Shown: positions 33,689 to 47,127 of the stretch, piece by piece | Layout: every line of letters starts with the position of its first letter | Position numbering within the stretch: the stretch's first letter is position 1 | Assembly (NCBI GenBank): GCA_963815195.1 | Contig: CAWFGE010000013.1 | Location: 1,149,031-1,213,030, forward strand | Length of the DNA stretch: 64,000 nt | From: an uncultured Planctomycetaceae bacterium | GTDB lineage: Bacteria > Planctomycetota > Planctomycetia > Planctomycetales > Planctomycetaceae | Reading direction: 5' to 3' | Notes under the pieces: model-generated | The model's input: only the letters and a program-made list of their open reading frames with translations | Databases searched by the model: none | What the model was told of the DNA's origin: nothing | Translations under genes and position numbers: made by a program

Positions 33689-34747
33689 TCAACCGTCGCT
33701 CGGCAACTCGACGTTCAGGGACTTCGCCAGATCGACGAGGGCCGACCAGTTTCCTTCATCGAGCGGGATGCCTTCCGCGGAACGCTGTTTCAAAACCCGG
33801 CGTTCCGGGTCGCCGGGGAGCGTGATATTCTCGACTCCCTCGATCCGTGGAACGCTGCGGACGTAGTCTTCCAATTGGCTGACCTCTTTGGCGAGATGAT
33901 CCCGGCCCGCGAGCTGATTGGGATCGATCACGACGAACAGGGCGCAGTTGCCGATGGGCGGGGGCGGATCGGGATAGGCGCACATGCCGCCGGAGAGCGC
34001 CCCGCAGAGCATCTCGATCATAAACGCGAGCCCGAAGCCTTTGTAAGCCTGGTCGCCGCCCATCGGGAGGATCGTGCCCGGCGGATCGCCGTAGAGCTGG
34101 TTGGGGTCGGTCGTGGGTTTTCCGTCGGGATCCAACAGCCAACCGGGCGGGACCTGTTGGCCGGCGATGCGTTTCACGCGGACTTTGCCCTCGGCGGTCG
34201 CACTCGTGCCGAAGTCCAGAATAAACGGGCCTTCCTTGCCGCCGGGAAAGCCGATGCACAAGGGATTGGTCCCCAACCGGGGCCGTTTTCCGCCGACGGG
34301 CGCGACCCGCGGGGCGGCACCGTGGGTGTTTGCGCAAATGAGGGCGATCATCTGTTTCTCGGCGGCCATTTCCGCGTATTCGCCCAACCGGCCGATGTGG
34401 GCCGACTGCCGGAGTGTGCCGCAGGCAATGCCCGCCAAAGCGGCTTTTTGCATCAGGCGTTCGGTCAGATCCCTTGAAAGCACCTGCCCGAATCCCCACC
34501 CGCCGTCGCAAACGAGGGCGCTCGCCGTTTCGTGGACGACTTTAAGCGTTGCCCCGGAATGCAGCCGGCCTTCCTGGACCTGTTTGACGTAAAACGGAAT
34601 CCGCATCACGCCGTGGGAATCGTGCCCGCGGAGGTTGGCTTCGACGAGGCTCCGGCCGACGATCTGGGCTTCTTCCTCGTTCGCCCCGCCCGCGGAGAGC
34701 AGCGAGACTCCAAAATTCAACAGCACTTCGCGAGATAAAGTCGGCAA
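33689..34747 (-). CDS. Ldh_2 family (malate/lactate/ureidoglycolate) oxidoreductase
   Basis: EANLRGHDSHG, HIGRLGEYAE, GTNPLC, YKGFGL, LPGDPE. Confidence 0.9.
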   Translation of the reverse strand: MPTLSREVLLNFGVSLLSAGGANEEEAQIVGRSLVEANLRGHDSHGVMRIPFYVKQVQEGRLHSGATLKVVHETASALVCDGGWGFGQVLSRDLTERLMQKAALAGIACGTLRQSAHIGRLGEYAEMAAEKQMIALICANTHGAAPRVAPVGGKRPRLGTNPLCIGFPGGKEGPFILDFGTSATAEGKVRVKRIAGQQVPPGWLLDPDGKPTTDPNQLYGDPPGTILPMGGDQAYKGFGLAFMIEMLCGALSGGMCAYPDPPPPIGNCALFVVIDPNQLAGRDHLAKEVSQLEDYVRSVPRIEGVENITLPGDPERRVLKQRSAEGIPLDEGNWSALVDLAKSLNVELPSDG

Positions 34748-34762
34748 CGGTTCGGCTCCTTT

Positions 34763-34995
34763 TTCAGAGGCCAGAGGTCAGGGATCGGAGGTCAGTTTTA
34801 TTTTCACCGAGCATAACGCAAGACACCCGGCGGCTCCAAGTCAGAGCCGCCGGGTGCGGGAAATTTGTCAGTCGTCCGTTGAAATTGGTCCGTTGTCACT
34901 AGGATCCCAAGACACTTTGGGAGTAATCCGCCATTACGCTGGTCGGCTCGCCTTTTCTGACCTCTGACCTCTGACCTCCGACAACTGGCCTCTGG
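34763..34995. repeat. Inverted heptamer-repeat tracts (CAGAGGT)n / (CTGACCT)n
   Basis: TCAGAGGCCAGAGGTCAGGGATCGGAGGTCAG at ~34763 and CTGACCTCTGACCTCTGACCTCCGA at ~34957. Confidence 0.7.
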
Positions 34996-34998
34996 CAA

Positions 34999-36017
34999 CT
35001 ATTTCACTTCCCAGGTGTCGCCGGTGTTGAAGAGTTTTTCGAGGTCGCCTTCGCCGAGCTTTTCCTTGGTGGCTTTCATCTGGGCGTTGACGGCGTCGTC
35101 GTAAGCGGGGCGCTGGACGTCGCGGAAGACGCCGACGGGTTCGGGGAAGCCGTCCACATGCCGCATGCGGGCGAGCATGAACGCCAGGCTCGGCTCCTGG
35201 GCTTTTTCATCGTGGAAGAGCAAATCGTCCTCGGTGTAGCCATTGCCCAGGTCCACGACTTCCGGGTGGTCCATGTTGTTGGCCCGGATGCCTTTTTCGC
35301 GGTCGGCACCGAAGATTAAGGGTTTTCCGTGCTCCAAATACACCACGTTGTCGAGCTTCTGCTTTTTGTCCTGGGCGTATTTGAAGGCCCCGGAGTTGAA
35401 CACGTTGCAGTCTTGATAGACTTCGACGAAGGCCGTTCCCGTGTGATGGGCGGCCCGTTCGAGCGTGGCGGTGAGGTGCTGGATGTCCACATCGACCGAG
35501 CGGGCGACGAAGCTGGCTTCCGAGCCGATGGCGACGCAGAGCGGGCTTAAGGGAAAATCGACCGAGCCGTAGGGCGTGCTTTTCGTGCGGGAACCCAGGG
35601 GGCTGGTCGGGGAGTATTGGCCTTTGGTCAGCCCGTAAATCTGGTTGTTGAACAGCACGATCTTGAGGTTGACGTTTCGGCGGATGGCATGCATCAGGTG
35701 GTTGCCGCCGATGGACAGGGAATCGCCGTCGCCGGTGATGACCCACACCTGCGAACCGGGCCGGGCCAGTTTGACGCCGGTGGCAATCGCCGGGGCGCGG
35801 CCGTGGATGCCGTGGAACCCGTAGGTGTCCATGTAGTAGGGAAACCGGCTGGAGCAGCCGATGCCCGACACGAACACGAAATCTTCCTTGGGGATCCCCA
35901 AGGTGGGCAGGACTTTTTTCATCTGGGCGAGGATCGAGTAATCCCCGCACCTGGGGCACCAGCGGATTTCCTGGTCGCTCGCAAAATCTTTGGGACTGAG
36001 GACGGGCAGTTCGGTCG

Positions 36018-36021
<4 letters not shown>
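34999..36021 (-). CDS. korB: 2-oxoacid:ferredoxin oxidoreductase beta subunit
   Basis: [29 protein letters not shown]...[15 protein letters not shown] (TPP binding). Confidence 0.93.
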
Positions 36022-37916
<1,895 letters not shown>

Positions 37917-38158
37917 GATGCAATTACTCCTCGGTCAATCATTAACCTGGGAAAGCGCCGGGCGCGAGGTGGGACTTTGGCGCGGGGCGGAAGGAAAATC
38001 GGATTGGAAGGTTTTTTGGTGGCACAATGGTTCGTGGTGTATCACACCCTGTCAATGGTCGGCCAAGATCGGGCAAGGCGATTTTGTTGGAGGAAACCTG
38101 CGAACCATCGCTGAGAGGGAGGCGGAGAACGCAAAATCCTTGTCTCCGGTGAGGATCG

Positions 38159-38659
38159 TCAAGCTCCTTCGCGGGCCTTGGCAAGGGAATGCTGATACGA
38201 CGCTTGGTTGTATATCGCGGATGGAAAATGTTCAACTAAAAAATGGGTGACACTTTTGACATCGACAAATCCCACGCAGGTTCCGGAGTCGTCCAGCACG
38301 GGCAAGCGGCGGTAGCCTCCTTCGTCCATCCGCCGCGTCGCGTCGAGCAAGGTCTCTCCGGTGGATGCCACCGCGGGATTCCGCGTCATCACCTGGGCGA
38401 GCGGCGTGTGCAACACCTCCTCCGTCGGGTTTTCGTGCCCGGCGAAAAACCGCAACAGGTCCCGCTCCGTGAAGATCCCCGCGAGTCGGCCCTCCTCGCA
38501 GATCGTCACGCTCCCATGCCGGGACGCCCGCATTTCGCGGGCGGCGTCGGCAATGGTGTTGTCCGGAGTCAATGCCGGACGTGCCGTCAGCACCAACTCG
38601 CCAACTTTGGTTGACAACAACAGGCTGTGGAGTTCGCCCTTGGGGGTGGATTCGGACAT
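38159..38659 (-). CDS. CBS domain protein
   Basis: GIFTERDLL, VMTRNP, YRRLPVLD. Confidence 0.88.
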   Translation of the reverse strand: MSESTPKGELHSLLLSTKVGELVLTARPALTPDNTIADAAREMRASRHGSVTICEEGRLAGIFTERDLLRFFAGHENPTEEVLHTPLAQVMTRNPAVASTGETLLDATRRMDEGGYRRLPVLDDSGTCVGFVDVKSVTHFLVEHFPSAIYNQASYQHSLAKAREGA

Positions 38660-39066
38660 CCGGCATCCTCAGTGGGAAAAGTCGAAAACGCGCTTTTACT
38701 TATTTTTACACGATGCCCCGGTCTTGAAAAGTCTCCCATTCCCGATTCCACCGACTTTACCATGAATTCCACCGCATCTCTGCCAGGGAATCGCCGGATG
38801 GGGTTCGTCTTGTTGATTTTACAAGAATCTGCGATAACCCCAACCGCAATTTCGCGGGTTTTAACGTGCAAATTTTTGCGCACGCCGTTTTTATGTCGGA
38901 CACGTCAGCACAAGTCAGCCTGAAGTGAGAGGTTGGAAGTTAGAGAATCGAAAAACGTTGGCCGCGCACCATCTCTCCTCTATCTTCTAACCTCCATCCT
39001 CACTCCCTTATGGAATAAGCATGCGAAGCGCGAAGGGGCGCAACATTGGGAACTGGGCAACGGGGC

Positions 39067-41286
39067 ATGGAGCCGCTCTCGAAACCGCTCGCCGATTGGC
39101 TGCTCGAGCTGCGCTTGTGCACCTCCGCGGACTTGAGGCGGTGCCGGGGCCGGGTGCGGCAGCTTGCCCGCGATGTGCCCGCGTTTGATTCCGTGTGGAT
39201 CGACGCCCTCGTGCACGCCCGCAAACTGACGGCGTTTCAGGCGAAGCTCTTGGAATCCGGCCGCCCCGAGCAATTGGCCGTCGGCCCCTGCGTGCTGGTC
39301 GATCAACTCGGCCACGGCAAGTCTCAGACCTACCTCGCCCGCCACCGCAAAGGCCGCGAGCGCTGCGTGCTCAAGCTGATCCATCTCCCCGAAGAAGAGC
39401 GCGGCCCCGCCTTGGCCAGCCTCCAGGAACTCGTCGCCCGCACCGAAAACCTGTCGCATCCGTCGGTCGTCGCCCCGCAATCCTGCTTATCCCATCCGCC
39501 GCATCTGGTCGCGGTCAGCCGATACCTTCCGGGACCGACGCTCAATCAACTCCTCCTCCGCCGGGGCCGATTTCCCGCGCAAATCGTTCTCGCCGTCGCC
39601 CGCCAGCTCATCGACGGTCTCGCGGCAATTGAGGATTGCGGCCTCGTGCACGGCGAACTCCGGCTCGGGAACCTCCGGCTGGGTCCCAGGGGCTATGTCG
39701 TCCTCCTGGACGCCGGCATCGGCCCGGCGATTCGGCCGGAACTCAACATCCATGCCCGCATTGCGCCCGAACACTACGACGGCATCGCCCCCGAGCGCAT
39801 CGGCACCCGAAACCCGGCCGACGTGCGGTCGGACTTCTACGCCCTCGGCTGTTTGCTCTGGCAACTGCTTGCGGGCCGGCCGCCGTTTACCACGGGCGAT
39901 CCCTTGGCGAAGTTGATGGCCCACCAGACCCGCCGGGTCCCCGACGTGCGTGACGTCGCCCCGGACACGCCCGCCGAGTTCGCGGAGATTCTGCGCGTCT
40001 TCACCGATCCCGATCCAAACCGCCGGCCGGCTTCGTTCCGCGAGTTTCGCGAGCGCCGGGGCAAAGCCAGGCGGACCCATCGCCGGCAGTTGGCGAGATT
40101 TCGGGCCATGTTCAACACGGCCATCCCCTATGTCCCCGCGATGCGGCCCGAAGAGTCCCCCCACCGCTGGCCGATGCTGGCGGCGATCCTGCTTTTGCTC
40201 TCCGGGGCGGCCGTCGGCTTGATGGACGCCGGGGCCACGTCCGAACTCCTCAACATCCCCAACCGGATCGAACAGTACCTCAATTCCCCCGAGCCAACGT
40301 CCGTCTCTGACGAAGCCAAACCTCATAACAACACATCCCAATCGATCCCCGCGGGCAAACCGCTGCCTGACCCCGACGCCCGCGGCATCATCGAACTGGC
40401 GGAACCCGGTCCCTACCGCTGGCGTGAAATCCAAGCCGTGGGACCGCTCACCATCCGCGCCAAGGTGGGGCTGAATCCCATCCTCGTCATCGGCGCGACC
40501 GCGAGCGAATGCTCAGCGACGGAGATCGTTTTGGAAAACCTGTGCTTCCGCCGAGACCCTGTTGGCCCATCGGATCCGCGGCTGCGGCTCGCGTCGCGGT
40601 CGCTCATCCTGCGAAACTGCCGCTTCGAGCCGCGACAAGACGGTTCCGACACGCCCGCCTTGGAGTGGCGGCACATCGATCGCGCGAACCCGCTGGGCGG
40701 CCGGGTGGCGCTGGAAAACTGCCTGATGGCCGGCCCCGGCGATGTGTGCCGATTCGCCGATTGGCCCCGGCAACTTGTCGTCAACAACTGCCTGAAAACC
40801 GGGCCGGGGGTGATGTTCGATTTTGCGAAAACAGACCGCGCGGAGCAGGACCTCGAGTGGAACCTGTCGCAAGTCACGCTCCGCGGAGCCTCCGGGTTGG
40901 TCCGCTGCGATGTGGGGACGAAGGGAAAACTCGGATCCTGGCTGATCCGCGCCGACAACTGCGTGTTCGATCTGGCGGGGACCGAATCGGCCGTGTTTCA
41001 AATCGCCGGGCCGGGTGTGAATCGGTTTTTCGCACAGTTCCAACTCCAAGGCCGGCAGTGTTTGTTGAATGAGGCCACCCACGTCGCCGGCTGGATTTCT
41101 CCCGCCGATGGAAGGCTCCAACCGATCGACTCCGCCGCCCTCAATGTGGAAGGCCTGATGCTCGCGAAGTTTTCGTTCGCCCGACCGAACAGTTCCCGCC
41201 CGGCGGATTCCCAACTGACGACCTGGCAAGGCCCGCGATTCTCCGCTAAAACGCCCGGCATCGATCCCGCCAGGCTGCCCCAATAG
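39067..41286 (+). CDS. Membrane Ser/Thr kinase-like protein (probably degenerate)
   Basis: HGELRLGN, DAG, APE, SDFYALGCLLWQLLAGRPPF; TM helix, then a beta-rich C-terminal domain. Confidence 0.8.
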   Translation: MEPLSKPLADWLLELRLCTSADLRRCRGRVRQLARDVPAFDSVWIDALVHARKLTAFQAKLLESGRPEQLAVGPCVLVDQLGHGKSQTYLARHRKGRERCVLKLIHLPEEERGPALASLQELVARTENLSHPSVVAPQSCLSHPPHLVAVSRYLPGPTLNQLLLRRGRFPAQIVLAVARQLIDGLAAIEDCGLVHGELRLGNLRLGPRGYVVLLDAGIGPAIRPELNIHARIAPEHYDGIAPERIGTRNPADVRSDFYALGCLLWQLLAGRPPFTTGDPLAKLMAHQTRRVPDVRDVAPDTPAEFAEILRVFTDPDPNRRPASFREFRERRGKARRTHRRQLARFRAMFNTAIPYVPAMRPEESPHRWPMLAAILLLLSGAAVGLMDAGATSELLNIPNRIEQYLNSPEPTSVSDEAKPHNNTSQSIPAGKPLPDPDARGIIELAEPGPYRWREIQAVGPLTIRAKVGLNPILVIGATASECSATEIVLENLCFRRDPVGPSDPRLRLASRSLILRNCRFEPRQDGSDTPALEWRHIDRANPLGGRVALENCLMAGPGDVCRFADWPRQLVVNNCLKTGPGVMFDFAKTDRAEQDLEWNLSQVTLRGASGLVRCDVGTKGKLGSWLIRADNCVFDLAGTESAVFQIAGPGVNRFFAQFQLQGRQCLLNEATHVAGWISPADGRLQPIDSAALNVEGLMLAKFSFARPNSSRPADSQLTTWQGPRFSAKTPGIDPARLPQ

Positions 41287-41395
41287 GCGGATTTTGACAA
41301 ATTTCAGCCACCCTCGTTGAACATCGCCTCCGCCGGTGTTAGGATCGGTGCGTTTGGCCCCAAAACCGCTGGAAAACTTTGCCCCTGCTCCCGCG

Positions 41396-42355
41396 ATGCC
41401 TGCACCGACTTCCGCACTCAACACCCGCTTCCGCGAACAGTGGACGCGAAAACATTTGTTGGGCCTCGAAGATCTCTCGGCGGAGGAAATCACGCTGATC
41501 CTCGACCAGGCGGCCGAGTTCAAACGCCTCGCCCAGGAAGGCGAAGTCAAACTCAAGGCGCTGGAAGGCACGGTCGTCGGGAACCTGTTCTTCGAGCCAT
41601 CCACCCGCACGCGAACAAGCTTCAGCCTCGCCGCCAAACGCCTGAGTGCCGACACGATCGATTTTACCTCGTCCGGCAGCAGCCTCTCCAAAGGCGAAAC
41701 GTTCCTCGATACCGCCCGCAACATCGAAGCGATGGGCGTCTCGCAAGTCGTCGTCCGGCACCGCACGCCCGGAGCGCCGCATCTCCTGGCGAAACAACTC
41801 AAAGCCAACGTCTTGAACGCGGGCGACGGCACGCACGAGCATCCCACGCAGGGCCTGTTGGACATCTTTACGATTCGCGAGCACCGCGGCTCGCTCGAAG
41901 GTCTCACCGTCACCCTGGTCGGCGACATCCTGCACAGCCGGGTCGCCCGCTCCAACATCTGGGGTCTCACGAAACTGGGAGCCAGGGTCATCGTTTGCGG
42001 ACCTTCGACTCTGATTCCGCCGGCGATCAGCAAACTCGGCGTGGAGATTTCGAACAATTTCGACGCCGTGGTTCCCGAATCCGATTGCATCAACCTCCTC
42101 AGGATTCAATTTGAACGCCAGCGCGGGGCGTTTTTTCCTTCGATCCGCGAGTACGCCCATCTGTTCGGCATGAACGGTGCACGCATCCGCCGAGCCAAGG
42201 ACGATGTGGTGATCTTGGCTCCCGGCCCGATCAACCGAGGCGTGGAGATCACCCCCAACGTCGCCGACGGCCCGCATTCGGTGATCCTGGATCAAGTCAC
42301 CAACGGCCTCGCCATCCGCATGGCCTGCCTGTATTTATTAAGCGGCAAAACCTAA
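41396..42355 (+). CDS. pyrB: Aspartate carbamoyltransferase catalytic subunit
   Basis: [38 protein letters not shown]. Confidence 0.95.
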   Translation: MPAPTSALNTRFREQWTRKHLLGLEDLSAEEITLILDQAAEFKRLAQEGEVKLKALEGTVVGNLFFEPSTRTRTSFSLAAKRLSADTIDFTSSGSSLSKGETFLDTARNIEAMGVSQVVVRHRTPGAPHLLAKQLKANVLNAGDGTHEHPTQGLLDIFTIREHRGSLEGLTVTLVGDILHSRVARSNIWGLTKLGARVIVCGPSTLIPPAISKLGVEISNNFDAVVPESDCINLLRIQFERQRGAFFPSIREYAHLFGMNGARIRRAKDDVVILAPGPINRGVEITPNVADGPHSVILDQVTNGLAIRMACLYLLSGKT

Positions 42356-42356
42356 A

Positions 42357-42501
42357 CAGGCGAGCGGGGGGCGTCGGCCCCCTGGTTCCGTACAATGTAT
42401 GAAGAGTAACCAATCCTGAAATCATCTTTCGAGTCGAATCGTATTTGAAAGCTTTTTGAAGCACTCTATGTAACTAGGGGGCTTACGCCCCCCGCTCGCC
42501 T
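42357..42501. repeat. Intergenic inverted repeat pair; related half-copy at ~55752-55780
   Basis: AGGCGAGCGGGGGGCGTCGGCCCC ... GGGGGCTTACGCCCCCCGCTCGCCT. Confidence 0.75.
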
Positions 42502-42513
42502 TGGACCACAACA

Positions 42514-43812
42514 ATGGGGACGATTTTGATCACCGGGGGCCGAATCATCGACCCCGCGCAGAACATCGACCGCGTCGGCGATTTGCTGATCCATAGCGGC
42601 AAGGTCGCGGGGATCGATGTGCCCAGGCCTTCCGCGGATGGGATCGATCAGCACATTGATGCCACCGGTCTCATCGTCTGCCCCGGTTTGATCGACACCC
42701 ACGTCTCGCTCCGCGAACCGGGGAACGAAGACGATGAAACGACCTTCTCCGGGACCGCGGCGGCTTTGGCGGGCGGGTTTTCGAGCGTCGCCTGCATGCC
42801 GGATACTTCGCCGGTCGTCGATACCCGCGCCGCGGCGGAGTTTATTCTGCTCCAAGCCGAGCGGGCCAGGCATTGTAACGTGTTTCCTTTAGGGGCCGTC
42901 ACCAAAAACCATGCGGGCGAAGAACTCGCGGAGATTGGCCAGTTGGTCGAAGCCGGGGCGGTCGGGTTCACCGATGCCAAGTCCCCCGTCGCCAATGCCG
43001 AGATCATGCGGCGGGCTTTGGAATACACCCGCATGTTCGACAAGCCGATCTTCAATCATCCGCAAGTCCCGGAACTCGTCGCGGGCGGGGTGATGCACGA
43101 AGGCTTTATCTCCACGCTCCTGGGAATCCGGGGCATGCCCGCCGCCGCCGAGGATGTGATGGTCGGCCGCGATTTGGCGCTCACCGAACTCACGGGCGGC
43201 CGATTGCATTTGATGTGCATCTCCACCCGGCACGGCATCGAGCAAATCGCCCACGCCAAAGCCGAGGGCCTCCGCGTGACCTGCGAAGTCACGCCCCATC
43301 ACCTGGCTCTCACCGATGAATCGCTGCGGCTGTTCGATGCCAATTACAAAGTCAACCCGCCGCTTAGAACCCGGGAGCACATCGACGCTTTGATCGCGGG
43401 CCTCAAAGACGGAACGATCGATGCGATCTGCTCCGACCATCAGCCCTACGCCGAGGAGAAAAAAGCCGTCGAACTCGATGCCGCCCCGTTCGGGATCATC
43501 GGCCTGGAGACGTTACTCCCCATCTGCATCAAGACCCTCATCGAGCCGGGCCATTTGACCTGGCCGGAACTGATCGCCAAACTCACCACCGGCCCCGCGA
43601 AGATCCTGCAAATCCCCAAAGGCACCTTAAAACCCGACGCCGACGCCGACGTGACAATCATCGACCCCAACGTGGAATGGACCATCGACGCCCGCCAGTT
43701 CCTCTCCAACAGCCGCAACACCCCCTTCGACGGCTGGCCGGTCAAAGGCCGGGCGCATACGGTCTTGGTCCGGGGCGAAGTGCGGTATCAACAATCATTT
43801 CAAGGTCTGTAA
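42514..43812 (+). CDS. pyrC: Dihydroorotase-family protein (possibly inactive PyrC'-type)
   Basis: [41 protein letters not shown]; follows pyrB. Confidence 0.88.
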   Translation: MGTILITGGRIIDPAQNIDRVGDLLIHSGKVAGIDVPRPSADGIDQHIDATGLIVCPGLIDTHVSLREPGNEDDETTFSGTAAALAGGFSSVACMPDTSPVVDTRAAAEFILLQAERARHCNVFPLGAVTKNHAGEELAEIGQLVEAGAVGFTDAKSPVANAEIMRRALEYTRMFDKPIFNHPQVPELVAGGVMHEGFISTLLGIRGMPAAAEDVMVGRDLALTELTGGRLHLMCISTRHGIEQIAHAKAEGLRVTCEVTPHHLALTDESLRLFDANYKVNPPLRTREHIDALIAGLKDGTIDAICSDHQPYAEEKKAVELDAAPFGIIGLETLLPICIKTLIEPGHLTWPELIAKLTTGPAKILQIPKGTLKPDADADVTIIDPNVEWTIDARQFLSNSRNTPFDGWPVKGRAHTVLVRGEVRYQQSFQGL

Positions 43813-44592
43813 AAATGCCCGTTTAGTAATCTTTGGGAGTTTTGAGAGATGGCATCAGAATCACTTAAGAACTTGATGGACCAAGCGGAAAACTGCACCG
43901 TGGTGCTACCCGATTTTCAACGCGATTTCGTTTGGAAACCGTCGGCAGTCATCAAGCTTATAACATCAATAATCAATAATTATCCAATTGGTGGTCTCCT
44001 ACTAATGGAGAATTCTGGGATTTATAGCTACCGCAAACTCGACGGTGTCGCTGAAATGGAAAGCGACGGAGAAGTACGCCTAGTCCTCGATGGGCAGCAG
44101 AGACTCACATCGTGTTTTCGCGCATTCATCGACTCCATGATTGCCGAGAAATATCCGGGGCGTTACTTCTTTAATTATAATCAATGGATCGAAAATCCGG
44201 AGACCAAAGGTTCCGAAATCGAGGAATTGATTCTGTTTAAGCCCAAGAATGAGGTCAATAAGGCACTGTCTACCGTGGCTATGGAACAAAGCGTAGGGCT
44301 ATTTCCATTGGATACGATTTTTCGTACTCCAAAGGGAATGAATTACAGTAAATGGCTTTCCCAGTTCACATACGCTGCCGCAAAGGGTGACGAACAAGAA
44401 CATGATCGACTTTCTGAGTTGCAGGCTCGTTTCATCACGGATTTTGTCGAAAACGTAACGAGCTATCAAATCCACTATGAGGAGATCAAGAAAGACACGT
44501 CCCCAGATGTCATTTGTACGGTGTTCGAGACGATCAACACGACAGGCAAGAAGCTGACAGTTTTTGATCTGCTAGTCGCACGCTGCTATACA

Positions 44593-45966
44593 TGTGGTGG
44601 ACCCCGAAAACTGGACAGCCCAATAAGGTAGAATTTGCGATGTTCATTTGTCGCATTGGGAGGTTCCGATTATGACCAGGAAGCGTCGAGTTTTGGGGTC
44701 CGCGTTCAAAGCCAAGGTGGCGTTGGCGGCGGTCAAAGGGGATAGGACGACGGCTCAGTTGGCGTCGGAATTTGGCGTCCACACGAGCCAAGTCACGGCT
44801 TGGAAAAAGCAGTTGTTGTCGGGAGCCACTGAGTTGTTCACGGATGGCCGACGTAAGCGATCCGACGATCAATCGGCCAATGAGCAAGAACTCTATGAAC
44901 AAATCGGCCGGCTGAAAATGGAAGTCGAGTGGCTCAAAAAAAAGTCGCTGACGCTGGATTAAGCCACGAGGTTTTGCGGGCATGGATCGAACCGAAGCAT
45001 TCCACGTTGAGCGTGTCGCGTCAGTGCGATCTGTTGGGATTGGCGCGGAGCAGTTGGTACTACGAACCTGGCGGCGAGACCGCGGAAAATTTGGAACTGA
45101 TGCGGCGAATCGACGAGGAATACACGCGGCATCCGTTTTATGGTTCTCGCAAGATGGCCGAGTTGTTCGGCGTGAATCGCAAGCGAGTGCAGCGGCTGAT
45201 GCGGCAGATGGGAATCGAAGCGGTTGGACCGAAACGCCGCACGACCAAACCGGGGCGCGGACACAAGATTTACCCTTATTTACTGCGGAATGTGGAGGTT
45301 CTCCGGCCCAACCAGGTGTGGTCGAGCGACATCACTTACATCCCGCTTCGCCACGGGTTTTTGTATCTCGTGGCAGTGATGGACTGGTTCAGTCGCTACG
45401 TGTTGAGTTGGCGATTGTCGAACACGTTGGAGGGGAGTTTTTGCTTGGAGGCGTTGGACGAAGCCTTGTCGATCTCGCGGCCGGAGGTCTTCAACAGCGA
45501 CCAGGGCAGCCAATTCACGGCGATCAAGTTCACCGAGCGATTGGAACGATTGAATGTCGCGATCAGTATGGATGGAAAAGGACGGTGCTTGGACAACGTA
45601 TTCATCGAGCGGCTGTGGCGGAGCGTGAAATACGAAGAGGTTTACTTGAAGGATTACACGGATGGTTGGGAGGCCGAGAGAAGCCTGCAGAGTTACTTTG
45701 AGTTCTATTGTGAGGAACGGATTCATCAGTCGCTGGGTTATCAAACGCCGGCGATGATCTACGAAGGAAAAGATTGAAGCCTGCACAAAGTGATGGACGA
45801 AAAATGAAAACAAGTTTCGCGCAAAACCGGGAGGGAACTGGTGAGGTCTCGTCCCGGGCCCCTTGTCATCGGCGGCAGACGACGAGGCCTATGAGGGGCC
45901 TCGTCTGCCGCTGACTCACACCACTAAACAACCCCGTTTGCTGTCCAAAGAATGGGGTCCACCTCA
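44593..45966 (+). mobile_element. IS3-family insertion sequence, copy 1 (1374 bp)
   Basis: IRL TGTGGTGGACCCCGAAAACTGGACAG and IRR (rc) TGAGGTGGACCCCATTCTTTGGACAG; TG...CA ends; 3-bp target duplication ACA. Confidence 0.95.
44672..45777 (+). CDS. IS3 transposase OrfA/OrfB with programmed -1 frameshift
   Basis: OrfA HTH (FKAKVALAA) 44672-44962; A8G slippery site 44936-44944; OrfB DDE motifs WSSDITY, NSDQGSQF, DNVFIERLWRSVKYE. Confidence 0.93.
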
Positions 45967-47127
45967 ACACAAGACATCAAGCTTCGTGACATGCTTGTCG
46001 ATGCGATTGATAAGCATGAGGCAATTAAGGCGTTTGATCCCGACGGCGAGGGAATCGCGGTGAACTCTATTCCACGAATTATTTCACTGTTTGTGAAGAA
46101 TTCGTGCAAACGATCTGACATGTTGACACTCGATCCTGGAGACATTGGGTCTCATTGGGGAAAGGCCGTTTCTTCACTCAATAAGGCATTGATGTTACTT
46201 CAAAATCGTTTTGGGTGCTACTGCGAACGACTAATTCCTGTCGCAGACATTATACCCACATTGGCTATAATTCTTTCGTCACCAAACTACGTAGATAGTG
46301 TTGAAAACAGGAGCAAACTAGAACGATGGTATTGGCGCGCGGTCTTTTCCGAGTATTTTAGCAGTGCCACCGACACAAAAGCGGCACGAGCGGCCAAAGA
46401 ATGGACCGACCCAGAGAACGGGTGGTTAGTGAACGACGCGAATGCGCCGACAAGCGTCAGCGGATTCGAATTGAGCAAAGGCATACTTGATGGAGCAGCG
46501 AGGGCTAACAATACGGTCTACCGAGGTGTACTATGTATGTTGTTGTCAAAAGGAGTATTGGATTTCGGAAAGTCCCGGACACCAATTACACTCGATTTAA
46601 CATCGCAAATCGAAGATCACCACATTTACCCAAAGGCTTTTTTAAGTCCGTACAATATCAAGGGTGACTTAGCGAACACTGTCTTAAATCGGACACCGCT
46701 TTTGGCATCTACAAACAAGGCGATCGGAAACGATGCGCCGCATGTCTATGGACAAAACCAAAAAACTCTGGGTCAAAAATTATCTCGGAGCGATCTCGAA
46801 GGACATTGTATTTCTGACGAGATATTCTTCACTCCGTTCACGGAAGAGATTTATAAGGCATTTCTAGAAAATCGAAAGAGTCAACTTATGAAGGAGATCG
46901 CTAATCGCGTTCAGGTCGATCCAATAGACATCGTCAGCACGGCGGAATGAACGATCGTTAGGTCCGATCCGATTCCGATCGGGGTACGTCACCTGTTTAG
47001 GTCGATGAAAAAAAGCACGATTCTTCGAAGACTACTTGCACGTTTCCCACCTCCCGAGTGGTGAACAACCTGGGCTACTCCTGTCATTCTGGAAATCTCG
47101 ATTCTTCCGAATTGGAACTCGACACAC

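Larger units (their letters stand above)
43849..46950 (+). pseudogene. GmrSD-type (DUF262 + HNH-like) restriction endonuclease interrupted by an IS3 element
   Basis: LPDFQRDFVW, LDGQQRLT, FETINTTGKKLTVFDLL; C-terminal EDHHIYPK...N. Removing the IS and one ACA copy restores a 574-aa frame (ARCYT|QDIKLR). Confidence 0.88.
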
